A DNA stretch of 64,000 nucleotides from assembly GCF_006345805.1 (NCBI RefSeq), contig NC_042997.1, positions 139,996,001 to 140,060,000 on the forward strand, in the 5' to 3' direction. The stretch comes from Octopus sinensis (taxonomy: Eukaryota). The translations under genes were made by a program, and so were the position numbers. How positions within the stretch are numbered: position 1 is the first letter of the stretch; the number at the start of each line of letters is the position of its first letter. Below the pieces are notes generated by a model. It worked only from the letters and a program-made list of their open reading frames with translations, was not told the DNA's origin and ran no database searches. Shown one piece after another: positions 24,732-36,699 of this stretch.

Positions 24732-27429
24732 TGCTGCATTCCCAATAAGACTCCTTAGTATCACGATATATATTCTTTCATAGTTTGCAAGGAAGAGAGC
24801 AACATTTGATTGTGTGATTGAATTGTATTTAAGTGCTGTGGAAGGGGTTTAAGTGAAGGAAAAAAAATCATCGGTGATTGGATAAAGGTTTTTAAGTTTT
24901 CATTATTAGTTTATAAATGAGGATCAGAAATGTGTTGTGTGTAAATATGTGTGTTTGTTGTCTGTCTGTCTATGTGTTGATCCATGGCAGAATGAAATAT
25001 CGTTATGATTCATTTGCAGTATGATGGCCTTTGGTACCACCAGATATTATGACTGTGCAAACTATTTAGCCAAAGATGTAAAAATAAGAAAGCAGAAAAT
25101 TGAAAATTATTTCTATACTAAGCAGCTTATTTTAATTTTTATCCTTCAATACTAAGACAATATGATTTTTAAATTCTACCGTGTGGACATAGCTTTAGGT
25201 TGGATTGGTGAAAAATCATCAGCAATGAACTTTTCACAACTTTACTGTATCAGATTTTAACCCCTCCTCATTTACAAAAGAAATTAAGTGCCATTATTAT
25301 GTTAGTGAAAAGTCTTATTCTGTGTAGTATGACAGTATCATTTGTTATTTGTGTGGCTTTAATTAGGTATATTTCATATCTCAGAGTTTTGATGACACTA
25401 TTAACTTGTGCATGCATGATAATCTGCACAACTTCGCTTCCTTTTGCCATGTCTGGATGTTCACAATCTGTAGCAATGTTTTCGTGTTTTAAAAGTCAGT
25501 ATGGATAAGTATTTATTTATCCTGTGATCTGGTGCAATAAATAGTCACTTGCTGACCATGAATGATAATAGGTAACCATTAATGGGTTGTCAGTCTTAAA
25601 GAGAATGGAAAAATGGAGGTTGTGACATCCTTACCTTTAGTATTAAAAGGCACTGATGGCATGAGTGAAGTAAAATAGCTACGTTTGGTCTCAAAACCAG
25701 GTCACAATCAGTTTACAACAGAAATACTTCCTATATATTACTCATCTAATGTACTCTACAATTTAATTATAAGTTTCTGTATCAATACAAGGCACAAGAT
25801 TTACAGGAGCAGGAAATAAGAGTGTGAAAAGAGTATTGCCAGCATTAGGATAGTGAATAATTAGGATAATTCTGCAACCAAGAATTAAAACTGGGTGCAC
25901 CACTACTCTGTGACTATACAACATTCATGTCTTTCCTAAGAGCATTAGTAACACAAATGAAGAGAAATTAAGACCCCACCCCAATTATTGTCATCTTTAT
26001 ATCCTATGACAACTTTCTAAATAACTATTTATGCTTTGTTCCTCTTACTATCAAACCATTATCTAATTCAGCTAATTGCAATTAAAGATATCTATTAATG
26101 GGTGATAAGTTTAGCGACTTCAGATAGGACAAGGATGAGCATTGTTATTATTTCCCCCCAAAGCATTAATGACATGAACGAAATGGTTTTACATGGAACT
26201 AAAATTGGACCCAATTAGCTGATACTTTACCAGCACCCTATAATACTTGCTATTCCTTATTAAAATTTGAAAAATAAAGAAAGCTGAGAGGCTTAAGTAA
26301 GTAAGATGCTAGCAGCAAAGACGGAGCATGATGCAAATTAATTTCATTAGACTATTAAATTCAGCTACTTCTACAGCTTTGCAGGGTCCTTATTATTTTC
26401 AGGCAAACTACTGCAAGCTGCAGCAGATACAAATTAAAATGAACAGTTTTAGGTATTTGTTGAAGATTTTCACTTTTCAACTTTTTACTCCTATATATAA
26501 TGCATCTAACTTCAGCAGTTTGATGGGTTATTTGTAAATTTTATCATAAATATTATTTCAAACAATCATATTAAGCTGCACAAGGATTTTCCAGCAAGCT
26601 AAATGTTATGCAAGCCCGTACCAATGTGTAAAGTCTTAAGCCAAAGAACATAACAGACTGTGCCTCCTCCTAGGAAATTAATATATCTATATTTCATGTG
26701 AGGGAAAATAAAAACATTAATCAAGTAATACACTGTATACAAAAATTAGATCTATTTTGAATTTAATAAATGCTATCATCATCATCACATCATCATTATT
26801 ATTTTAATGAAAATAATTTTTTCTTCTTTAACTCTTAGAAAGACCACTTGTGAAAAATAATTTAAAATCGTTTCCTTTTATGTGGTTTGTTTGTCACATT
26901 CAAGGAGGAAGCTTTTCATATGACTGATTGACTTTTCTCACAAATTTTCTGTTGTCTCATTTTACCTCCCTCCCTTGCTCTTATGAAACTAAAGATGTTT
27001 ATCTTTTCACTAGAATCTATTTTAGCATTTACAAATTAAGTTTATACTGGAAGATGCAACATATTCCTTTCTCTGTAACTTTTGAATTGCTTCACTATTT
27101 TTTACTTATTTCTTCCACCTCCATATCGGCAGCTAAACCCTGCATTATTAAGCCAATTAACAACGAAATCTTTTAACCGTGGAAGATGTCTTCCAGATTT
27201 TTCATAGATATGCCAAACTTGTTTTATCTCTCTTCTTCATATACAGCTGTGCAATGCTGAAATTTCATGGAAACTGTAAATTTAGAAAGAATTAAATATA
27301 TGTTGTATTTTAACATTTTTCTCTGCCCTAATGGATGTTGGTTAAAAATATTTTTAAGTCGAATAATATGTTGAATGACATATTTAACAAACCTTGTGAT
27401 CCTGTAACAATATTGTGTTAATACACAAG

Positions 27430-27490
<61 letters not shown>

Positions 27491-27541
27491 ATATGCATAC
27501 ATACACAAGAAATAAACGAAGTTTTATTTAGATTTTAAAGT

Positions 27542-27718
27542 AAATACACTTAACCGGTTTCATATTTGTATGACTGTCAGAAGTGTACATTGTGAGGAAT
27601 GTGGATATGTATCACAAACTATTGTTTCTCAGAAACAATAAAGTTTGCAGAAACTCCACATTCCTCATAATGTACACTTTTGATAATTATATAAATATGA
27701 AACCGGTTAAGTGCGTTT
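27542..27718. repeat. imperfect inverted repeat carrying two decayed hammerhead-like motifs
   Basis: Arms ACACTTAACCGGTTTCATATTT..AGTGTACATTGTGAGGAATGTGGA and TCCACATTCCTCATAATGTACACT..AAATATGAAACCGGTTAAGTG; each arm has GAAACCGGTT with CTGACAG or TTGATAA upstream. Confidence 0.6.
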
Positions 27719-27787
27719 ATTTTAATATTTAAATTAATCTTAATATATACTCTGTGCATTTTCAACTTCATTTATTTCTTGTGTGTA

Positions 27788-27826
<39 letters not shown>

Positions 27827-27838
27827 TGTGTGTCTGTG

Positions 27839-27879
<41 letters not shown>

Positions 27880-28644
27880 GTGTGCTTGTGTGTAAAAGAG
27901 AATTCTTTTATTTATTTTTCAAAATTTTTATGTTGGGAATTATATTAGTTGTGACAAGTGCACTGTGTTTCGAAGTGTAATAAAGATCAAATAATGAACA
28001 GAATTATATTATAATGAGTTTACTTTGTTGTTGTAGAATCCTGAATAATCAGTTAAGACATTTACCTAGCAGTGGATGTCTGTACATGAGAGGAGACTCA
28101 CTAGAAAATTATATGGAAATTCTGCATTTTATTAATTAGTATTAAGACAAAATTAAATATTTTTCTTAGTAACTTGAGATAAAAACTACTTTAAATGTAC
28201 TTAAAAATCTAACTTACCACCATCATCATTATCATTGTTTTAACATCCACTTTTTCATGATACCCTTTCCTTCACAGGAAAGTCATATTTCCCCTTTGTC
28301 CTTCAAACACAAACAACACAATGACTGAACATGCAAACAAATGATATCATATCTGTGACAGTGACATTTGTTAACAATCAATACACAATCTCAAGACAAA
28401 GAGACGTCTGTACACACTTTCTTCAATACCATAATTCAGTTAAGGGATCTTGTCTTGTGATTACCAATGCTGGTGTCATAAAAATAAAAGCATCCAGTAT
28501 ACTGTAAAGTGGTTGGCATTAGAAAGGACATCCAACCATAGAAACCATGGCAAAGATAACACTGGAGCTTAGTGCAATCTTCTGACTCAATCATCAGTCC
28601 CTGTCAAACGCATGCCAGTATGGAAAAAAAGGACATAAAATTAT

Positions 28645-28679
<35 letters not shown>

Positions 28680-28682
<3 letters not shown>

Positions 28683-28952
28683 TATTAAATTAGAGATAAA
28701 ACCACTATTAGGCAAATCAAACAGTGAAAAACATAAACCAAAACATAGAAATAAATTTAATTAATATAATATATAAAATATAATATTCAAAATTTAAATT
28801 AAAAGTTAAAAATTAAATTTAAATAATTTAAATTTTGAATATTATATTTTATATATTTTGTATATCATATTAAATTTATTTCTATGTTTTGGTTTATGTT
28901 TTTCACTGTTTGATTTGCCTAATAGTGGTTTTATCTCTAATTTAATATATAT
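28680..28952. repeat. AT-rich fold-back element (~120-bp arms, 24-nt spacer) between (TA)n tracts
   Basis: TTAAATTAGAGATAAAACCACTATTAGGCAAATCAAACAGTGAAAAACATAAACC.. is complementary to ..GGTTTATGTTTTTCACTGTTTGATTTGCCTAATAGTGGTTTTATCTCTAATTTAA. Confidence 0.85.
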
Positions 28953-29028
28953 ATATATTTATACTGTAAAATTAGATTTAATCCTAAATCTAATTTTTCC
29001 CTGTAAGTTTGGATTTACTCCCTAATAT

Positions 29029-29098
<70 letters not shown>

Positions 29099-31053
29099 CA
29101 TAGTGAGTTTTCTCTTTCACTTTCCTGCTACCAAATCAACTCACAAAGCTTTGGTCAATTTGGGATTATAGTAGAAAGCACTTGCACAGTAGGACAACCT
29201 AGAACCACATGGTTGAGAAGCAAACTTCTGACTCAGTTATGCTTGTGCTTTACTGAAATGAAAATAATTTTTTCTTACTTTTTGATCTAATAGTTCCACA
29301 TCCATTGTACAGCAGTAACAGATGGGATGGCTTTTTTGTAGATTTTCTTTGTTCTTGGATCAATTATTATTATTATTATTATAGTTGAAAGATCTTCCTT
29401 TTGATAAGGTCTCAAGCATAAAGAAGGAAACTTGGATGCTAGTTATCCAGTTTAAGGAAAGTAGAGTCGTGTCCCTTGTTCAATAAGTACAAAGACACTC
29501 TCTGTAGTAGTAGTAAAGTTCTATCAAAAATTAAATGGCACAACTTCACAGCCATTGTGACTATCTAAATGTTTGAAATGCAAGTATTAATTTACTTGTT
29601 TCTTTCTCTATTACAGCAGTTTTATGTCAATTCTGGCTTATATATCAAACTTACAACCAATCTAAATGGTTGCATTTGGCACACCAATTCTAATTCTTGC
29701 ATAAGTCATTGTATTGTCAAGATATTTTATGTCTCTTTATGCTTTAATTTGATATTTGAATTGATTTAATGTTAATCTTACTGCTTAAGGTTAGTCCTAG
29801 ACTGACAATTAGAAACGATTTACTTTGTACACAAATGAGACTTAGTCGCTATAGTTAGTAAATTTGTGATACGTGTAGGAAACTGAACTGGACCATTGAT
29901 TGTTAAGTGTTTTGTCTAAAAACATTACAATACTGGTTAACAGTATATGAATTGTCCCCTCAGTTAGGTGTCTAATATTCTGTAAACTTGATCATCCATG
30001 TCTTTGGCTTACATTTTTGTATAGCTTAAAGGAAGAAGAGCAGTGCTCATGAGCCTTGGAAGACCACTATCACTAGTAGGAACGAAGGAACCATGACTTG
30101 ACAGATATGTGTATGGCAGAAATTATGGAATTTTATGCATTAAAGAAGTTGGAATACATTCTTCTCTTTCTAACAGGTACAGAATCTCTTAAGTGAAATA
30201 TTAGTGCATCTTTTGAACAAACTGAGCAGATCATTTTGAACATATGTGGCACAATTGGAAAGAATGAGGTAAAATTCAAAAATTCTATTTGGAATTTACT
30301 TGCTTAAAAGGTTCAAAATGATCTTTCTAACATATGCAGAATATCTTAAGTGCAATGTCTGAACATGTTTTGTAGTTTGTAATTTTCAAGACAGAATATC
30401 ATTAGACAAACATTTGAACTTATTTTGGAAAGTTTGGAGTAACTTTCAAGACATACTCATTTTCTTGGATGGATGAGAAGTGCCAAAATTTCAAATTTGA
30501 CAGATCCACATACTTGAAATTATGTAATTTTACCCAATTGAAAAGTTGAATTTTTTTTCTTATTCCAAGAAGTACAGAATGTGTTGGAGCAATTGAGTGG
30601 TTAATTTTGAAGAAATTTGATATTACATTGGTAGGAATGAAGCAAAATTCTAAAAGGGGAATGGTGATAATTGTGAATTTTCTCCTAGTTGTAAATTATC
30701 TATTGTAATAAATGCATAAATCTTTAGAAAATTTTTTGAACCTGGTTGGGTGCAACAAAATCAGTTATAAGTTCAAGAAAAATGGTAAAAATTTCGAACA
30801 TCTGACAGATTTATGTACTATGAAAATCAAATTTCACATTAAAATGGTTGACATCTTTTATTCGAACAGACACTGAATCTTCAAAGTGATACATTACTAC
30901 ATTAAGCAGTACCCACAAATTTCATGGCTATTTTAAAAACTGTAAGATGATTAGAAGTTTACAGAGAAACCATAAAATAACTGAAGTGCATTTTTTCTAA
31001 AACATTTGAGTTTTGAGATATGTAAAAGTTCTTATAGGTAGCATTGAAGAATC

Positions 31054-31163
31054 CAGTCTATAAGAGAACATCTTTGAAAGCTATTTTCTTTGTTATCTAC
31101 TATTTTTCAGTCTATAAGAGAACATCTTTGAAAGCTATTTTCTTTGTTATCTACTATTTTTCA
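31054..31163. repeat. 54-bp perfect tandem duplication
   Basis: CAGTCTATAAGAGAACATCTTTGAAAGCTATTTTCTTTGTTATCTACTATTTTT occurs at 31054 and 31108. Confidence 0.9.
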
Positions 31164-31544
31164 CTTTGCATCCAAAAGTTAACCATCTTAACTATGGAAT
31201 GAAATTAAAACATTATCACTATCAATACTACCACCACTAACACTAGTACAACCACCTTCACTACTCCCATCTTGAATATCCTTGTTATTCTGCTGCTGTA
31301 TAACTACATTGGTAAAGCTTTGACAAATCTTAATACACTGTATTACATCCTGATTTTTATATCAGAAAAAAAAATGCTCATGTCTAAGTTTGAGCTTACA
31401 GATCCAGTAAACACAGATACTCCACTAAACCATGGATTCTGACAACAATATATCAATAATATGGGTGTAAACATGGCTATATACTGATATATTATTTGCT
31501 TGGTAGTTATGTAGTTCTATGTACAGTTCCAGGACATAACACCT

Positions 31545-31925
31545 AAGTCCAGTGTCTTGTGTATGTATCTGTCTTTTACTTGTTTCAGTCATTGGAATGC
31601 AGCCATGCTGGGGCACCATCTTGAAGGGTTTTAGTTGAATGAATTGTTCCCACTGCTTATTTTCCAAAGTCTAGTACTTATTGTATTGGTCTCTTTTGCT
31701 AAACTGCTAAATTATGGGGATGTAAACAAACCAACACCAGCTGTCAAGCAGTGATGGGTGACAGGCACAAACACAAAGACATCGATGTAAAACACACACA
31801 CACTGAAGAAGCTTCTTGAGTTTTCATCTACCAAATGCACTCAATGCTTTGCTTGACCTAGAGCTGCAGAAGGCACTTGTCCAAGATGTCATGCAGTGGG
31901 ACCGAACTCAGAACCATGTTGTTGG
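31545..31925 (-). mobile_element. family-A SINE, older copy
   Basis: Plus strand TTTTACTTGTTTCAGTCATT..CATGCTGGGGCACC..CCAAGATGTCATGCAGTGGGACCGAAC is the reverse complement of family A. Confidence 0.75.
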
Positions 31926-32018
31926 GAAGCATACATATAGCAATTAATTTTGGATATGAACTTTATAGTGTGCTTTACAAATGCTATCATACTGTGAGAA
32001 TGATGATGTCACTGAATA

Positions 32019-32288
32019 TCATCATCATCATCATCGTTTAACGTCCGCTTTCCATGCTAGCATGGGTTGGACGGTTCAACTGGGGTCTGGCAAGCCCGAA
32101 GGCTGCACCAGGCCAGTCATATCTGGCAGTGTTTCTACAGCTGGATGCCCTTCCTAACGCCAACCACTCCGAGAGTGTAGTGGGTGATTTTATGTGCCAC
32201 CGACACAGGTGCCAGACGAGGCTGGCAGACGGCCACGCTCGGATGGTGTTTTTTATGTGCCACCGACACAGGTGCCAGACGAGGCTGG
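32019..32288 (-). mobile_element. RTE-LINE 3' tail copy
   Basis: (CAT)n then CGTTTAACGTCCGCTTTCCATGCTAGCATGGG..; nearly identical to 55925-56255. Confidence 0.85.
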
Positions 32289-32692
32289 GAATTTTGTAAG
32301 TATCTGTAGAGTTTATGCAAAAAATATGAACAATAGAAAATGGATTGAGCAACAGGCTTTATTGCATAATGCTACAATTGTTTCACTGCTGATTCACCAG
32401 TAGAAACATTGCCAGCATAGTAAGAAGCTTGGCTCCCAACCACATGGTTCCGGGTTCACTTGCATTGTGTGGCAACTTGGGCAAATGCTTTCTACTATAG
32501 CCTCAGGCTGACCAAATCCCTGTGAGTGGATTTGGTAGAAAGAAACTGAAAGAAGCTTGTATGTGTGTGCGTGTCTTTGTGTCAGTACCCCACTACTGCA
32601 TGACAACTGGCAATGGTGTGTTTGTGTCCCCAGCATGGCTTTAGTCTTAATGACTGAAACAAATAAAAGTTAAAAGACATCATGTCATTATT

Positions 32693-34060
32693 AGGGCAGT
32701 GAGCTGGCAGAAACTTCACCATGCTGGGCAAAATGCTTAGTGGCATTTCATCTGTCTCTATGTTCTTAGTTCAAATTTCACTGAGGTGGACTTTGCCTTT
32801 CATCACTTCAGAGTCGATGAAATATTGGGTTGTCTGGAAAGTTTGTGCTGATTTATAGTAGCTTACATTTCGACTTAGGATTTGACTACACCTCCATTTA
32901 GAGCACAGTTTAAGCTATCTTTTTGTAGAAGAAGGTTTATGTTACTATAACCTGTGTTAATTCTGTAACCCTTTAAAATGGAAGATAAGAAAGTTCATTT
33001 TTGGCACTTGATGCTTTTCTTTTTCCGTAAAGGGAAAAATGCCTCACAAGCAACCAAAGAAATATACGCAGTTTATGGTGATGTTTCTTTATCCGAAAGA
33101 ACTGTACGGAAGTGGTTCACAAGGTTCCGAGCTGGAGATTGTAGCCTTATTAATAAAGAGCAATCAGACAGACCATCCACTACAGATGATGACCAAATCA
33201 AGTCATTAATTGAGAATAACTCACATTGCACAACCTGAGAATTGGCAAAAAGCCTCAACCTATCAAAATCCTTTAGTCATGATCACCTGGTAAAACTTGG
33301 GTATACAAATCGCTACGATGTTTGGGTACCACATTAGTTGAGTGAGAAGAACCTTTTGGATCGCATTTCCATCTGTGATTCACTTTATAAACGGAATGAA
33401 AATATACCTTTTTTAAAGCAAATTGTGACAGGTGATGAGAAATGGATTATCTACCGAAATGTTCAGAGAAAGCGATCCTGAAGTAAGCAACATGAGCCAC
33501 CCCAAAAGCAGATCTTCACCCTAAAAAAGTCTTGCTTTGTGTCTAATGGGATTGGAAAGGAATTCAGGACTGTGAGCTTCTTCCAAGTAACCAGACAATT
33601 AACTGAACGAGTTAAAAGCAACAATTCAAGAGAAACGTCCAGAATTGGCCAACAGGAAGGGTGTTGTTTTCCAACATGATAATGCAAGATCGCACGTTTC
33701 TTTGGGAACCAGACAAAAATTGCTGCAGCTCCACTTACTCAGGTCTCTGCAGAATAGTCTTAATGGTAAAAATTTCAATTCCTTGGATGACGTAAAAAAT
33801 TACCTTGATGAATTCTTTGCCATGAAACCAGCTCAATTCTGGGAAGAGGGTATTTTCAAGTTAAAGGAAATATGGAGACGCATTGTGCAACAAAATGGTT
33901 CATATTTGGTTGATTAAAAATGTAATGGCAAGTATTTATTGACCTTTTTCTTTCCTTTAAAAGTCGACACAAACTTTCCGGACAACCCACTAAATACCAG
34001 TTGAGCACTGGGGTTGATGTAATCAACTTACCCTCTCCTCTTGTGCCAAAATTTGAAACT
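32693..34060 (+). mobile_element. family-B SINE split by a mariner insertion (halves 32693-32824 and 33991-34060)
   Basis: Core ..CTTTCATCACTTCAGAGTCGATGAAATA| resumes as |TAAATACCAGTTGAGCACTGGGGTTGATGTAATC. Confidence 0.8.
32825..33990 (+). mobile_element. Tc1/mariner transposon with TIRs and defective transposase (32978-33917)
   Basis: TIRs TTGGGTTGTCTGGAAAGTTTG and CAAACTTTCCGGACAACCCAC; TA TSD. Protein motifs LSERTVRKWFTRFRAGD, WVPH, IVTGDEKW, FQHDNARSH, LKEIWRRIVQQNGSY. In-frame stops, and the YSPDL(A/D) motif region is deleted. Confidence 0.93.
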
Positions 34061-34953
34061 ATTATTATCATTATTCAAGCAACACTGGAGAATTTCATCT
34101 CTTCAGGTGGGGGACCACAAGACAGAGTCTGCTAAATCATACTTATATCTCACATAATATATACCTTCAAAATATATTATTAGTAATTTACAGTCAAAAC
34201 AAAGAGCAAAAAATAAAAACACCAAACCATTTTAGTATAAATCACAAATGTAGCATCACCCATCAGGTATTTTAGGAATAAATATAAGTAAAAAATACAT
34301 GGATATGTAGTATAATAAACAAAAAAAAAAGTAAACAGATAAAACTATCTTTTAACTCTTGATGTTTCCCTTTTAAGACAATCGCTGATCCACATCTTCC
34401 CTTATTATCACAGCACGATACATTTCCTTAAAACCCTTGTTCTGGACTAGGACCTATGAGCTATGTCCAGCAGTTTGTATCTTTATTGTTGTTTGGAGCC
34501 ATTGAAAATCTAGTAAAAACACATATATACTGACACATCTTTATCCATTCTCAAACATAGATTACAGTATTAACAAGCTAATGTATGTGTTTATTGGCAT
34601 ATATGGTTGTATATACTTATGTATAAACATATGTAAACAACCATATACTCAGACTTGCTATACTTTTATATCAATACTAGCTGATGTACCTGGTAATTCC
34701 TGGAAAAGCAGGGCTTATACCTTGGTTCCGTTCTCATAATTGTTTCGCTAATCCAATAACAACAATACAAAGTATGTAACCCTTAAAATGGTTTTCGTAC
34801 ATTTACAGAGAATACTGAACTGTCTTACACAGGATCTTGTTTTTAGGAACTCCCAATAAGTTATGAATACTCAAATTGTGAAGTCAGTTATGTAATAACA
34901 TGAAATTAGTTACCCGATTGTAAGAATTCAAATAAAGTAGCCACGAATAGGGG

Positions 34954-36436
34954 TGTAACGTGAAAGGATCTATCATCGAAGCACTGGCAGGGTGTCGAGA
35001 TCCTTTCTAGTCACATACAAAAATTCTTGTAGAAAACAACAGACGAAACTCAGGTTAAAGGTGAACAGACAAACTGGTTTATTGATTCATGGTTGTACGT
35101 TGTCTGATGGGGGAATAGACAGCCTCTGATATACTGCTGGTGTTGGTCGTTGAGGTTGGTTGAAGTTGGTTGAAGTTGGTGTGTGGCTGTCAGAGCCAGG
35201 AAAACCGTGACCGATCGCAGTGCTGTCTTGAGCCGAAGAGAGAGATTTGAGGTTCGCGGGCTCGAGAGATGTTTTCCTCCCATCACATGCGCATGGAAGA
35301 CTTCCGGTGGCCACCCGAAGTAGTCCCATTCTGCGCATGCGCGCCGAACCCTACACTGTAGCATCACTACAGGGCTCCCCTCCGAGTGCGAAGTACGGCA
35401 ACCAGAATATTGTGGTGGTGCTGCAGAAAACAGAAGGCTTGCCGATCCCCCAGAAGACTTGGTACATACTATTATACAATAAGAAACATTTTAAAGTTAA
35501 ATGTAAATTGTTTTTGAAAGTTTCTTGGGCCAATGCACTGTTCTGCCCGACTTTGTAACATACGGTGTGCTCGGGGCACCCGTTGACGGCGAGGGTGGTG
35601 TTGTAGGAGCCGGTGAAGGTGTTTGTGCAGGTGAAGGCGTTTGTGTGCAGGTGAAGGCGTTGTGCAGGTGAAAGTGTTGTTAAAGGTGCATAGGTGGGTG
35701 TCAAGGTTGTCATCAAAAGATGAAGACGTCTCAAAATGTGCCTTTTTTAAACGGTCCACGGAAACGTCTCCGAACGACCATTTATCTCAATCGTGAAAAC
35801 CTTTGGTGTGCGAGAAAGCACACGAAAAGGTCCTTTATAGGGAGAAACAAGTGGGCCCTTCACAGAATCGTCCCGAACAAAAACATGCGACCAGGTGTTC
35901 ATATCCGGTGGAAGATGGGACGGTGGAGATTGCTTTCTGGGAAGCATGGGCGGAAGGTTTGAAAAATATTCCCGCAGTCTGGTGACATAGGTCGCCGGAT
36001 CATCACGTCGGGGTCACCAATTGTAACGTGAAAGGATCTATCATCGAAGCACTGGCAGGGTTCGAGATCCTTTCTAGTCACATACAAAAATTCTTGTAGA
36101 AAACAAACAGACGAAATCAGGTTAAAGGTGAACAGACAACTTGGTTTATTGATTCATGGTTGTACGTTGTCTGATGGGGGAATAGACAGCCTCTGATATA
36201 CTGCTGTGTTTGGTCGTTGAGGTTGGTTGAAGTTGGTTGAAGTTGGTGTGTGGCTGTCAGAGCCAGAAAACCGTGACCGATCGCAGTGCTGTCTTGAGCC
36301 GAAGAGAGAGATTTGAGGTTCGCGGGCTCGAGAGATGTTTTCCCGCACATGCGCATGGGGAAGACTTCCGGTGGCCACCCGGAAGTAGTCCCATTCTGCG
36401 CATGCGCGCCGAACCCTACACTGTAGCATCACTACA
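34954..36436 (-). mobile_element. complete non-autonomous Gypsy LTR element (TRIM-like): LTRs 34954-35371 and 36022-36436, 650-bp internal region
   Basis: Both LTRs TGTAACG..ACTACA; 4-bp TSD GGGG (34950-53, 36437-40). PBS ATCACGTCGGGGTCACCA at 36002-36019 equals the 3' end of eukaryotic tRNA-Trp; PPT complement at 35372-35387. Internal ORF pieces HVFVRDDSVKGPLVSPYKGPFRVL..DRLKKAH are the integrase GPY/F tail only. Confidence 0.95.
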
Positions 36437-36699
36437 GGGGTTTAATGCATTTCCAGAGCATATAGAACTTAAGAGGAAATACCTATAAGGAATGTATACC
36501 AAAATCATGAAACATGTTACCTAATAACAGGCTAATTGGATATGAGATAATAACAATTCAAAGTAAATAACTCTGAAAAGGGCTTTTGTGCATTCCCAGA
36601 GAATATAACCCTTATGGGCGCTAGTGTTGAAATAGATTTACAATGAATGTAGAAACAGACTGACATTTAGTTTTACAGTAGGCATACAAATAAATTTGC

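Noticed and set aside
29800-31050. Possible DNA-transposon coding remnant
   Set aside because: It looks like decayed coding sequence, but I could not recover any diagnostic motif or termini.
32978-33917. SETMAR-like domesticated gene
   Set aside because: No SET domain; it has TIRs and a TSD, stops, and a deleted catalytic-region motif.
36002-36019. tRNA-Trp gene fragment
   Set aside because: Only the 3' 18 nt including CCA, 2 nt from an LTR; this is a primer-binding site.
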